Of a DNA stretch of 54,124 nt, positions 30,275 through 39,700 are shown one piece after another; position 1 is the stretch's first letter; each line of letters starts with the position of its first letter. Under the pieces are notes generated by a model that worked only from the letters and a program-made list of their open reading frames with translations, did no database searches and was not told the origin of the DNA. The position numbers and the translations under genes were made by a program. Location of the stretch: contig DASRSJ010000054.1 of assembly GCA_035656555.1 (NCBI GenBank), positions 1 to 54,124 of the forward strand, read 5' to 3'. The DNA comes from Opitutaceae bacterium. GTDB taxonomy: Bacteria > Verrucomicrobiota > Verrucomicrobiia > Opitutales > Opitutaceae.

Positions 30275-32145
30275 TCATCGAAAGCCTGGACCTGACGACG
30301 CTGAGCGAGGGCTACAAGGCGGGAGCCTTCGATCCCCTCGACGTGATTGCCCTCATCTACAGGCGCATCGAGGCAAGGGGGAGCGACTGCGTCTGGATTC
30401 ACAAGGTTCCGCTGGCCGACGCCGTCGCGGCGGTGGGTAAGGCCAAGGCGCTCAAGGCCGGGGGGAAAGCCATGCCCCTCTTCGGGATCCCTTTCGCGGT
30501 GAAGGACAACATCGATGTCGCGGGAATGCCGACGACGGCGGCCTGCCCGGCGTTCAGCTACATTGCGAAGGAATCGGCTCCCGTCGTGGACCGCCTGATC
30601 GAGGCCGGCGCCATCCTCGTCGGAAAGACCAACCTCGACCAGTTCGCCGCGGGCCTGGTCGGCGTGCGCTCGCCCTACGGGGCATGCTCGTCCGTCTTCA
30701 ACGACAAGTATATTTCAGGAGGATCGAGCGCGGGCTCTGCCGTGGCTGTCGCCGCGGGCCTCGTCAGCTTCTCGCTTGGCACCGACACCGCCGGCTCAGG
30801 CCGCGTTCCCGCGGCCTTCAACAACCTCGTCGGATGGAAGCCGACCCGAGGCGTCGTCAGCACGCGCGGCGTCCTGCCGGCCTGCCGCTCGCTCGACTGC
30901 GTGAGCTTCTTCTCGCTCACCTGCGCCGATTCCCAGGCCCTGGCCCGCGTGGTCTCGCAGTTCGACGCCGCGGACCCGTTCGCACGCGAGATTCCGGGGC
31001 CAATCCCGGGATTGCCGTCCTCCTTCCGCATCGGCATTCCCGCCGAATCCCAGATGCAGTACTTCGGGGATGCGGACTCCCCCCGGCTCTTCGCGGCGGC
31101 CGTCGAGCGACTCAAGGCCCTCGGTGGCACGGTGGTCGAGATCGACTTCAAGCCCTTCTGCGAGGTGGCCGAGCTGCTTTACTCGGGACCCTGGGTCGCC
31201 GAGAGGCTGGCCGCGATACAGCCCTTCTTCACCGAGCACCCCGAGTCGCTCCACCCGATCACGGCAAAGATCATCGGCGGCGCGACCAGATACTCGGCGG
31301 TGGAGGCCTTCGAGGGCCTCTACAAGCTCGAGGCCCTGAGGAGGCGCACCGATGCGGAATGGTCGAAGATGGACCTCCTGGCGCTTCCGACCGCGGCCAC
31401 GACCTACAGGATCGCGGAGGTGGAGGCCAATCCCCTCCAGCTGAACACCAATCTCGGATACTACACGAACTTCGTGAACCTGCTCGACCTCTGCGGCATC
31501 GCTGTGCCGGCGGGCTTCAACGCCGCTGGCCTTCCCTTCGGAATCTCGCTCCTTGGGCCCGCGTTTGCCGACCAGGCGCTGATCGCGCTGGCGGGGCGCT
31601 ACCACCACGCCCTGGGCGGCCAGGTCGGCGCCACCGGCAAGGACATTCTGTCGCTGCCGCAGCCTGCCGCGCCAATCCCCACGCCGTCCGTCATGCTGGC
31701 CGTCGTCGGTGCGCACCTTGAGGGCCAGCCCCTCAACCACCAGCTCACGAGCCGCAGGGCGAAGTTCATCAGGAAGACCGCGACTTCCGCCGAGTACCGC
31801 CTCTTTGCGCTCCGGGGCACCGTGCCGCCGAAGCCCGGCCTCGTTCGAGTCAGCGACCGGAGCGGGCAGGCGATAGAGGTCGAGGTCTGGGAAATGAGCG
31901 AGGAGGCCTTTGGCAGCTTTGTCGCCGCCATTCCTTCTCCGCTCGGTATCGGAACCCTTGAATTGGCGGACGGAAAATGGGTCAAGGGCTTCATCTGCGA
32001 GCCGATTGCAACAGAACAATCGACGGATATCACCCAGTTCGGAGGGTGGCGTAACTACCTTGGCAGCCTTTCTGCTCAGCAGGGAAGGCCCACCGCCGAT
32101 GTCCCAGGATCTCCTGCTGACGCCTCCCGTGCCGGCTCGCCCTAG
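30271..32145 (+). CDS. atzF: Allophanate hydrolase (amidase signature family)
   Basis: ATGA overlap with the carboxylase. Amidase signature GGSSAGSAVAVAAGLVSFSLGTDTAGSGRVPAAFN. The C-terminal ~120-aa extra domain is typical of allophanate hydrolase. Confidence 0.88.
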   Translation: MIIESLDLTTLSEGYKAGAFDPLDVIALIYRRIEARGSDCVWIHKVPLADAVAAVGKAKALKAGGKAMPLFGIPFAVKDNIDVAGMPTTAACPAFSYIAKESAPVVDRLIEAGAILVGKTNLDQFAAGLVGVRSPYGACSSVFNDKYISGGSSAGSAVAVAAGLVSFSLGTDTAGSGRVPAAFNNLVGWKPTRGVVSTRGVLPACRSLDCVSFFSLTCADSQALARVVSQFDAADPFAREIPGPIPGLPSSFRIGIPAESQMQYFGDADSPRLFAAAVERLKALGGTVVEIDFKPFCEVAELLYSGPWVAERLAAIQPFFTEHPESLHPITAKIIGGATRYSAVEAFEGLYKLEALRRRTDAEWSKMDLLALPTAATTYRIAEVEANPLQLNTNLGYYTNFVNLLDLCGIAVPAGFNAAGLPFGISLLGPAFADQALIALAGRYHHALGGQVGATGKDILSLPQPAAPIPTPSVMLAVVGAHLEGQPLNHQLTSRRAKFIRKTATSAEYRLFALRGTVPPKPGLVRVSDRSGQAIEVEVWEMSEEAFGSFVAAIPSPLGIGTLELADGKWVKGFICEPIATEQSTDITQFGGWRNYLGSLSAQQGRPTADVPGSPADASRAGSP

Positions 32146-34513
32146 CGCGCAAGCCGTCAAGGTCACACCGACCGCCCCCCTCAGGAGGCAGAGAGGCGAA
32201 GCCGAGTCCGGCGCCAAGCAGGAGGCCCTGGAGAGAATGGAGCAGCTTCGAAGCGAGATGCTCCGCACGATGGAGATCCTTCACTCGGTGCAGGCGCTCT
32301 TCGAGGTGAAGCCGACCGTCACCCGGGCCGAGTTCAAGCACTTCGTCCAGTCGGCCCTGACTCGCCTGCCGGAACTCCAGGCGCTGGAGTGGATACCGTG
32401 CGTGCCCCACGCGCAGAGGGACGATTTCGAGCGGTCCGCCCTGGCGGACGGCATGGAGTCCTTCAGCTTCAAGGAGATCGGACCCGACGGCCAGATCATG
32501 CCCGCGCGCGAAAGGCAGGAGTATTCCCCTGTTTTCTATGCCGAGCCCCTGCAGACGAATGCCCCGGCGCTCGGCCTCGACCTGGCTTCCGATCCGCGCC
32601 GTCGCGAGGCATTGGAGCGGGCGGCGCGCACGGGCCTGCCGACCGCGACGGCCACCCTCCGCCTGGCGCAGGTGTCCGGCGAGCGCCTGGGCTTCCTGGT
32701 CGTCCTTCCCGCGAAATCATCCGAGGGCAAGGTATTCGGGTTTGGGCTCGCCGTTTTCCAGGTCGGGAGTCTCGTGGACGAGATCTTCTCGCCGCTTGTG
32801 TGGCGCGGCGTGAATATCGAGATCTGGGACTCCGAGGACCCGACGGCGCCCATCTACACGGGCGGAACGCCCGAGTCGGGCGAGGCTGCCTGGAGCTACC
32901 AGCAGGACCTGCCGCTCGTGGGACGCGTGTGGCGCTTCCGCTTCACCCCCAGCGACGCCTTCAGCATCGCGGACCCCGATTGGCTGCGGCGCTCCGCGGA
33001 GACGCTCATGAGGACAAACGAGGTCCTGGAGGAGAATGTCATGGAGCGCACGGCCCAGCTCGCGCGCCTCAACGCGGCACTCCACGGCGAGGTCGAGGTG
33101 AGGAAGTCAGCCGAGGCCGCCGCGGCCTCGGCAAACCGCGCAAAATCGCTCTTCCTGGCGGAGATGAGCCACGAGATCCGCACGCCGCTCAACATCATAC
33201 TCGGCTACACGCAGCTCCTGCAGCGGGACGAGATGATCTCGATGAAGCAGGGCGAGGCGATGCGCGCGATCGTCGAGGGTGGAAACCATCTGCTGTGCCT
33301 CGTCGATGGCATCCTTGACCTGACGAAGATTGAGACCGGCCAGATGGAGCTTTCGCTGGTCGATTTCGACCTCGAGATGATCATGAAGGCGCTGGCGGCC
33401 ATGTTCTCGCCGCGGTGCCAGCAGAAGGGGCTCAAGCTCAGGCTCGAGAGTCTGGGTGACGCCCCGATCTGGGTCAGGGGCGACGAGCGCAAGCTTCGCC
33501 AGGTCCTGGTCAACCTCCTCGGCAACGCGGTCAAATTCACCGACAGGGGCGAGGTGAGGCTGCGCGTCGTGCCGGGTTCCGGCCCGAACGCCTTCCGGTT
33601 CGAGGTCATCGACACCGGCCCGGGCATAGCACCAAACCTGCAGAGCCTCATCTTCGAGCCCTTCAAGCAGGACACCATCGGCCAGCGGATGGGAGGGACG
33701 GGACTGGGGCTTAGCATCGCCCGGCGCCTCATCGAGCTCATGGGCGGATCGCTCGACGTGAACTCGGCGCCCGGTTGGGGAAGCGACTTCTTCTTCACGG
33801 TGACGCTGCCGCCGGCCAGCATCTCGAGCCCGCTGCGCGGCGTGGAGTCCCACGCGGGGCTGCGCCTCGAGAAGGGCAGAATCGTCCGGGCCCTCATCGT
33901 CGAACCCGCGCAGAACAGCCGCAACGTGCTGCGCGAGATGCTTGAGGCCGTCGGCTGCGAGGTGGTCCTCGCCGAGAACGCCACCGAGGCCTCGGACGCC
34001 ATCAGCGCTGGGGCTCCCGACGTCGTCTTCGTCGACGTGCGCACGCACGCCATGGACACCGAGACGGCGCTCGAGGCCTCCCACGCGGCGCTGCGCACCT
34101 CGATGCCGAAGCTCATCTGTTACTCGGCGTCCGCCTTCGAGCACGAGCGAGACCAGGTGAGGGAGCTTGGCTACGACGGCTTCCTGCTGAAGCCCTTCAG
34201 GCTGGAGCAGATCTGCGAGTGCCTGACCCGCTCCCTCGGTGTTTCCTTCACGTCCGCAGCTGCCCCGCAGGCTGAGGAGCCCTCCCAGGAGATCGAGGTC
34301 AGCAAGCTGGCACTTTCCGGGGAGGTCATTCTCAAGCTGGTCTCTTCCGCTGAGATTGGCGACATGGCGGAGCTCCGGCGTATTCTGGGCGAGATCGAGC
34401 TGCTCGGCTCCAACGAAGGCGAATTCGCCCGGCGCCTCCTGGTCAGCGTCGAGCGCTTCGACACCGAGTCGGTGGCGAGGATGCTCTCGCAGCTCTCCTC
34501 CAACAAGCCATGA
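32099..34513 (+). CDS. Hybrid sensor histidine kinase with an apparently cytoplasmic CHASE-like sensor domain
   Basis: No TM segment anywhere in the protein. The N-terminal region has CHASE-like features (LQALEWIPCVPHAQRDDFE, YSPVFYAEPLQTNAPALGLDLASDP, TATLRLAQ). H-box AEMSHEIRTPLN, N-box LLGNAVKFT, G-boxes DTGPGI and GGTGLGLSI, then a receiver-like domain. The start is uncertain: ATG 32099 overlaps atzF by 47 nt, and ATG 32237 is the alternative. Confidence 0.8.
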   Translation: MSQDLLLTPPVPARPSAQAVKVTPTAPLRRQRGEAESGAKQEALERMEQLRSEMLRTMEILHSVQALFEVKPTVTRAEFKHFVQSALTRLPELQALEWIPCVPHAQRDDFERSALADGMESFSFKEIGPDGQIMPARERQEYSPVFYAEPLQTNAPALGLDLASDPRRREALERAARTGLPTATATLRLAQVSGERLGFLVVLPAKSSEGKVFGFGLAVFQVGSLVDEIFSPLVWRGVNIEIWDSEDPTAPIYTGGTPESGEAAWSYQQDLPLVGRVWRFRFTPSDAFSIADPDWLRRSAETLMRTNEVLEENVMERTAQLARLNAALHGEVEVRKSAEAAAASANRAKSLFLAEMSHEIRTPLNIILGYTQLLQRDEMISMKQGEAMRAIVEGGNHLLCLVDGILDLTKIETGQMELSLVDFDLEMIMKALAAMFSPRCQQKGLKLRLESLGDAPIWVRGDERKLRQVLVNLLGNAVKFTDRGEVRLRVVPGSGPNAFRFEVIDTGPGIAPNLQSLIFEPFKQDTIGQRMGGTGLGLSIARRLIELMGGSLDVNSAPGWGSDFFFTVTLPPASISSPLRGVESHAGLRLEKGRIVRALIVEPAQNSRNVLREMLEAVGCEVVLAENATEASDAISAGAPDVVFVDVRTHAMDTETALEASHAALRTSMPKLICYSASAFEHERDQVRELGYDGFLLKPFRLEQICECLTRSLGVSFTSAAAPQAEEPSQEIEVSKLALSGEVILKLVSSAEIGDMAELRRILGEIELLGSNEGEFARRLLVSVERFDTESVARMLSQLSSNKP

Positions 34514-36066
34514 GCGCCATGGACACGGTCATCGATTCCTCCCCGCCCCCGGGCGCCCTGGCCTCAATGGCCCCGGCAACGATCCTCCTGATCGACGACA
34601 TCTCCGCGAACATCGGTGTGTTGAGCGGGGCCCTGGAGTCGGCGGGCTACCGCGTCCTCGCGGCCCTCTCGGGCAGCGCCGCAATCAAGAGCGCCTCAAA
34701 GGCGCGCCCGGAGCTGATCCTCCTCGACGTCATGATGCCGGAGATGGACGGGATCGAGACGTGCCGACGGCTGAAGTCGAACCCCGCGACCGCGGGGATC
34801 CCGGTCATCTTCATTACTGCGAACGACGAGACCCAGAGCCTAGTCGAGGGGTTCCAGGCGGGCGGCGTCGACTACATCACGAAACCCTTCCTGATCGACG
34901 AGCTGCTGTTGCGCGTCAGCACACACCTGCGCATCCACCGGCTGACCCAGGACCTGAAGGCCCGCTCTGACGAGCTCGCGAAGTCGAACCGCGAGCTTTT
35001 GACCGAGATCCAGAGGAGAGAGAGCGCCGAGGTCGCGCTGACGCTCGCGGACGCAAAGCTCTCGGTCCTCACCGAAGCCGAGGCGCGCAGCTGGGGTCTG
35101 CAGGGCTTCCTGGGACAGGGACCGCTGTTCAAGCAGCTCCTGCGCGAGATCCGCGCGGTGCAGGAGTACCCTGGCACCAACGTGCTCCTGACCGGCGAGA
35201 GCGGCACCGGCAAGGAGCTGATTGCCCGCGCAATCCACTTTGGCGGAAAGCTTTCCAAGGGCCCGTTCGTTGCCGTCAACTGCTCGGCGCTCCCCGCCGA
35301 GCTCGCGGAGTCCTACCTCTTCGGCCACGTCCGCGGCTCGTTTACCGGGGCCATCGCCGACAAGAAGGGCTACTTCGAGCTGGCCGACAAGGGAACGCTC
35401 TTCCTGGACGAGATCGGGGACATGCCGCTCGCGATGCAGGCCAAGCTCCTGCGCGTCCTGGAGGACGGCGTCGTGACCCCGGTTGGCGCCACGACGGCGA
35501 AGCACACGGAGGTGCGCGTCATCGCGGCAACGAACGTCGACCTGCCCGCCAAGGCGGCGCTCGGGGAGTTCCGGCAGGACCTTTACTACAGGCTCATGCA
35601 CTTCCACGTGAATGTGCCTTCTCTCAGGCAGCGCAGGGAGGACATACCAGCCCTGGCCGCCCACTTCATCCGCGTCTTCTCCACCGAGCTGAAGCGCAAG
35701 CCGCTCGGGCTCCGGCCCGACGCCCTTGAGAAGCTGATGGCCCACCACTACCCCGGGAATATCCGGGAGCTGAAGAACACCATCGAGCGGGCGATCATCT
35801 ACGCCGGCGGCGACCACATCCTAGCCGAGCACATTGTCTTTGCGCCCCAGGTCTCGGCCGGGGCGACCGCCCCTGAGGCGCCAGGCAAGTCGCAGGCCGC
35901 GGCCGAGGAGCCGGGGCCTGCGTTCAACCTCGAGGCCGCCGAGACCCGCCTCATCGAGCGAGCATTGGCCGCCAGCGGCGGCAACGTCTCGGCCGCGGCG
36001 CGCCTCCTGGGCGTCGACAGGGCGAAGATTTATCGCTGGCAGCAGGCCCGCCCTCCCGCACCCTGA
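34510..36066 (+). CDS. Sigma-54-dependent response regulator (NtrC-family enhancer-binding protein)
   Basis: ATGA overlap with the kinase. Canonical receiver (LLIDD, LLDVMMP, KPF), then a coiled-coil linker. AAA+ motifs are [15 protein letters not shown] and GSFTGA. The C-terminus is a Fis-type HTH ([15 protein letters not shown]). Confidence 0.9.
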   Translation: MSAMDTVIDSSPPPGALASMAPATILLIDDISANIGVLSGALESAGYRVLAALSGSAAIKSASKARPELILLDVMMPEMDGIETCRRLKSNPATAGIPVIFITANDETQSLVEGFQAGGVDYITKPFLIDELLLRVSTHLRIHRLTQDLKARSDELAKSNRELLTEIQRRESAEVALTLADAKLSVLTEAEARSWGLQGFLGQGPLFKQLLREIRAVQEYPGTNVLLTGESGTGKELIARAIHFGGKLSKGPFVAVNCSALPAELAESYLFGHVRGSFTGAIADKKGYFELADKGTLFLDEIGDMPLAMQAKLLRVLEDGVVTPVGATTAKHTEVRVIAATNVDLPAKAALGEFRQDLYYRLMHFHVNVPSLRQRREDIPALAAHFIRVFSTELKRKPLGLRPDALEKLMAHHYPGNIRELKNTIERAIIYAGGDHILAEHIVFAPQVSAGATAPEAPGKSQAAAEEPGPAFNLEAAETRLIERALAASGGNVSAAARLLGVDRAKIYRWQQARPPAP

Positions 36067-36073
36067 GTGCGGG

Positions 36074-36781
36074 ATGTGCGTCCGCTATACCCTCCACAAG
36101 ACCGACGCCGCGCTGAACGCGATCTCGCGGGCGCTGGGCGTACCGCTTGAGACGCCCGACTGGGCGACCGAGCCCAAGTTCAACGTGTCGCTCACGAGCA
36201 CGATGCCGGTCGTGGCGCTTGCCGAGGAAAGGGTGCAGGTCCGGCCGATGAGATGGGGCCTCGTTCCCTCGAACGAGCGCTCCAACCCCAGGCCGCGGCT
36301 CCTCGCGAACGCGCGCTCCGAGACCGTGGCCAGCCTCTCGGCCTTCAGGAAGGGGACGGCGTCGAGGAGGTGCCTCGTCCCGGCGAACGGCTTTTATGAA
36401 TGGAAGACCCTGGGCACCCTGAAGCTGCCTTATCTCTTCACGCTGGCGGGCGAGGAGCCGTTCGCATTCGCCGGGATATGGGATCCCGCGGGCGACAACC
36501 TGCCGGAAACGTACTGCTTGCTGACCACGGAGCCGAATTCTCTCGTGGGGCAGGTGCATAACCGCATGCCCGTTCTCCTCACCCAGGAGATGATGCCTCA
36601 ATGGATAGGGGAAAAGCCGCTGCCGGAGGAAGAACTCAAGAGGCTCTTCCGGCCGCTGGATCCGGCTCTCATGGCGTCGCGTCCCGTCAGCCGGTTTGTG
36701 AGCAGCACGCGCAACCAGGGACCGGAATGCCTGGACCCGCCGCGCGAGGAGCCGAAGGAGCCTGAGCTCGACTTCGGTTAA
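36074..36781 (+). CDS. SOS-response-associated peptidase (SRAP/YedK family)
   Basis: Starts MCVRY (catalytic Cys2). NARSET, PANGFYEW and VHNRMPVLL motifs are present. Confidence 0.85.
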   Translation: MCVRYTLHKTDAALNAISRALGVPLETPDWATEPKFNVSLTSTMPVVALAEERVQVRPMRWGLVPSNERSNPRPRLLANARSETVASLSAFRKGTASRRCLVPANGFYEWKTLGTLKLPYLFTLAGEEPFAFAGIWDPAGDNLPETYCLLTTEPNSLVGQVHNRMPVLLTQEMMPQWIGEKPLPEEELKRLFRPLDPALMASRPVSRFVSSTRNQGPECLDPPREEPKEPELDFG

Positions 36782-36796
36782 CCGAAGCCAGGGAAA

Positions 36797-39700
36797 TCAG
36801 GGAATGGCGTAGACTTCCACGAGGGCGATGCCTGTGTCTCCCGATGCGCCCTGGACCTGGGCCGTGTAAGAGCCTGGCGGCAACGTTATCAGTATTGCCG
36901 AATCGAGGGTCGCCGCCGTTCCCCACGAGAAGGCGCCTGCGGCGGCGGCCTCAGCTGCAACGAGCGCATCGCCGTTCCAACCCGCGTTGGTGGCGATTGT
37001 CTTCTGATCGCTGACAAGGGTGAGTCTGGGGTCGGGGATCGTGCCTGGGACGTTGAAAGCGTTGAGTGCCGGCCCCGAGGCGCGGATGAGGACAGTCTGG
37101 CTCGTCGTTCCCCCGATAACGAAACCCGCGATGAGTATGTTGCCTCCGGTCCCGACATAGGCGCGGGTCGAGATGTTGACCAGATGGGGAGCGCTGGCGC
37201 CCTGAAATGCGCCGTTCGTGGCGTCGTAGACTTCGACAAGGGAGACGCCGGTGCTTCCGCCGGCGCTGCTCACTTGTGCCGTGTAGGATCCCTGCTCTAG
37301 CGAGGTTGAGATGGCTGAGTCAGGAGTGGCCGTGGCTCCCCAGGTAAAGGCGCCGACCGAACTTGCCTCAGAGAAGATCCCGGCGGAGCCACCCCATCCC
37401 GTGTCAGTGGCGATAACGTCTTGATCGCTAAGGAGAACGATCCGTGGATCTGCGAGGGTACCGGTGACACCGAAGGAGGTAAGGGCCGGACCCGAGGCGC
37501 GGATAAGAACAGGATCGTTCGCCCCCGAACCTCCCTTTAACACGACACCGGCGATCATGATGCCGCCGCCTGTCTGTACCATCCCGCGGGTGGAAATATT
37601 GATGAGGTGGCCGGGATTGGTCGTCGTGACCACATTGAGTTTGGCAGCGGAAGTCAGGGTAGACCCCGAGGCGTTCGTGAGCAGGCAGTTGAAGTAGGCT
37701 GAATTGCCGCCAGCGGGGACTGAAATGAGTAGCGACGGTCCGGTCGCACCCTGGAGGGAAACGCCATTCTCAAACCATTGGTAAGAGGTTCCGCTCGCGG
37801 CTGTCTGAACCTTTGGCGAAATATGGTCTGCCGTAGAGACAATGCTGCCATTCTCGATTGAAAATATGACCGTTGACCCGGCCGTGACCGTCTGAGGCTG
37901 AGGCTGGGCCGGCACTTGGGGCGAACCAGCAGAGTCGATCGCCAGAAGAGCGCCGCTGCTGACAACATTTCCGGATGCACCCGTAGCGCTTACCGTGTAC
38001 GATCCGGCGTCACCGACTCCCGCCGACGCGATCGAATAGGACGGTCCGGTCGCACTCGGGATCGCCGCGCCATCGAAATACCATTGGTAGCCGGAAAGGG
38101 CGTCAGTCGAGGATACAGTGAACGTAGCTCCCTGTCCGGCAGGGACTGATTGGGAGACCGGAAGCACCTGGGCGCTCGGCGGTGTGCCGGCCTGAGACAA
38201 AACCACCACCGGCGGGGACGTGGGAGCCGGAGTCGGAGTGACTGTTGTCGTGCCAGTGGGCGACGGCGTTGGGGGAGTAGCCGACGTTGGGGTCGGTGTG
38301 GGTGTCGCCGAAGGCGTAGGCGTGCTGCTCGGTGTCGGAGTGACGTTCCGGGTCGGTGTCGGCGAGGGTATCGGGGTCGGAGTGGTATCCTGAGTCGGGG
38401 TGGGAGTGTAAGTGGGTGTCGGAGTTGCCGTTGGAGTTGGAGTGGGTGTTGGTGTGGGTATGGGTGTGGGCCCGCTTGCGACAGCCAACATCGCGGCCGT
38501 CGACGTTGCGGTCCCATACGCGTTGCTCACGACCACCTGATAGCTACCCGCGTCGCCGAGCTGGATATTCTGCAGGGAAAGAAATGACGAGGTCGCGTTT
38601 GTGATCGGGGCCGTGTTCTTTTCCCATTGGTAGGATAGCGTCCCCCCGCCATGGGCCGTGACGTTGAGAGTTAGCGAGTCGCCCACCGACACACTGGCCC
38701 CCGCCGGGGGTATGGAGATCACTGGTGGGTCCGTGAACGTGATAGTCGCCGTTTGCGACGATGCTGAAACACCGTTATACGTCGCCTGCAGATAATAGAC
38801 ACCGGCATCGATAAGGCTGCCGTTAATCGTATAGCTGTTGCTCGTCGCTCCCGCAACCGGGATGCCGTCCTGAAACCACTGATAGGTAAATGCCTGCAAT
38901 CCGACGGCTAGGGCGGTCATTGTCACGGAATTCGCAAGGCCGGTGTAGCCTGTCGGCTGTGTGAAGAACACGGGGGTTGTCGGTACGCTTGGAGAAGTGC
39001 CGGGCGTTACGCGGCTCAGGCGAGTGGGCAATGCGTAGAAAGTATAAAATCCCGCTGCGGAATCTACTACGGTGGCCACGCCTGCGCTCGAGACCCTTAT
39101 GGTCGCACCGTTCACGCTCAGGGTAGCGACCGTCCCGCCGATGCGGAGAAGTAGGTCGTATGCTGCGCCGGCGAAAATGGGTGCGTCCGCGCCCCCGTGA
39201 ACGAAGCTGTAGCTGTAGTCCTGTGCGCCGGCCGCCGAGTAGTGGATGCAGGCAAAGTAAGTTTGCCCGTTGGGGAAATTATTCTCGATTACAGTCAGCA
39301 GGCTGTCGTCGGAAAAGGTGCAATACCCTGCCACGCCGACCGTGCCATCGTTACGGCTGGCGACGGTTGAAAACGACGTGTCGATGCTCCCGTCGGAACC
39401 CAGCCGCTTTATATTCACGCCCAAGCCGACGGTCTGCGGTATGACGACGAAAGACTTTGCGTCATCTAGGGGCAGTACCTTTGGCAGTTGCCCGCTACTC
39501 AGCGCGGTGAGGTTCGAGAAACCTGCGTCCGTTGTTCCGTCCGGATTGTACCGCGCCAGGATGCGGCTATTGTTAAATGCATATATGCGACCGGAGGAAT
39601 CCATCCCGGCAATCACGAAGCTCGATGGCGCGGCTAGCGCGAAGCCGCTCTGCACACTTCCGTCGGGATTTATGAGATAGTTTACCTCTGATGTCCCATT

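Noticed and set aside
38210-38470. Short-period DNA repetition that could look like a VNTR or a degenerate CRISPR-like array
   Set aside because: The periodicity is 6 nt (ACN-CCN) and in frame inside a long ORF, where it encodes a Pro/Thr linker. There is no repeat-spacer structure and no cas genes.
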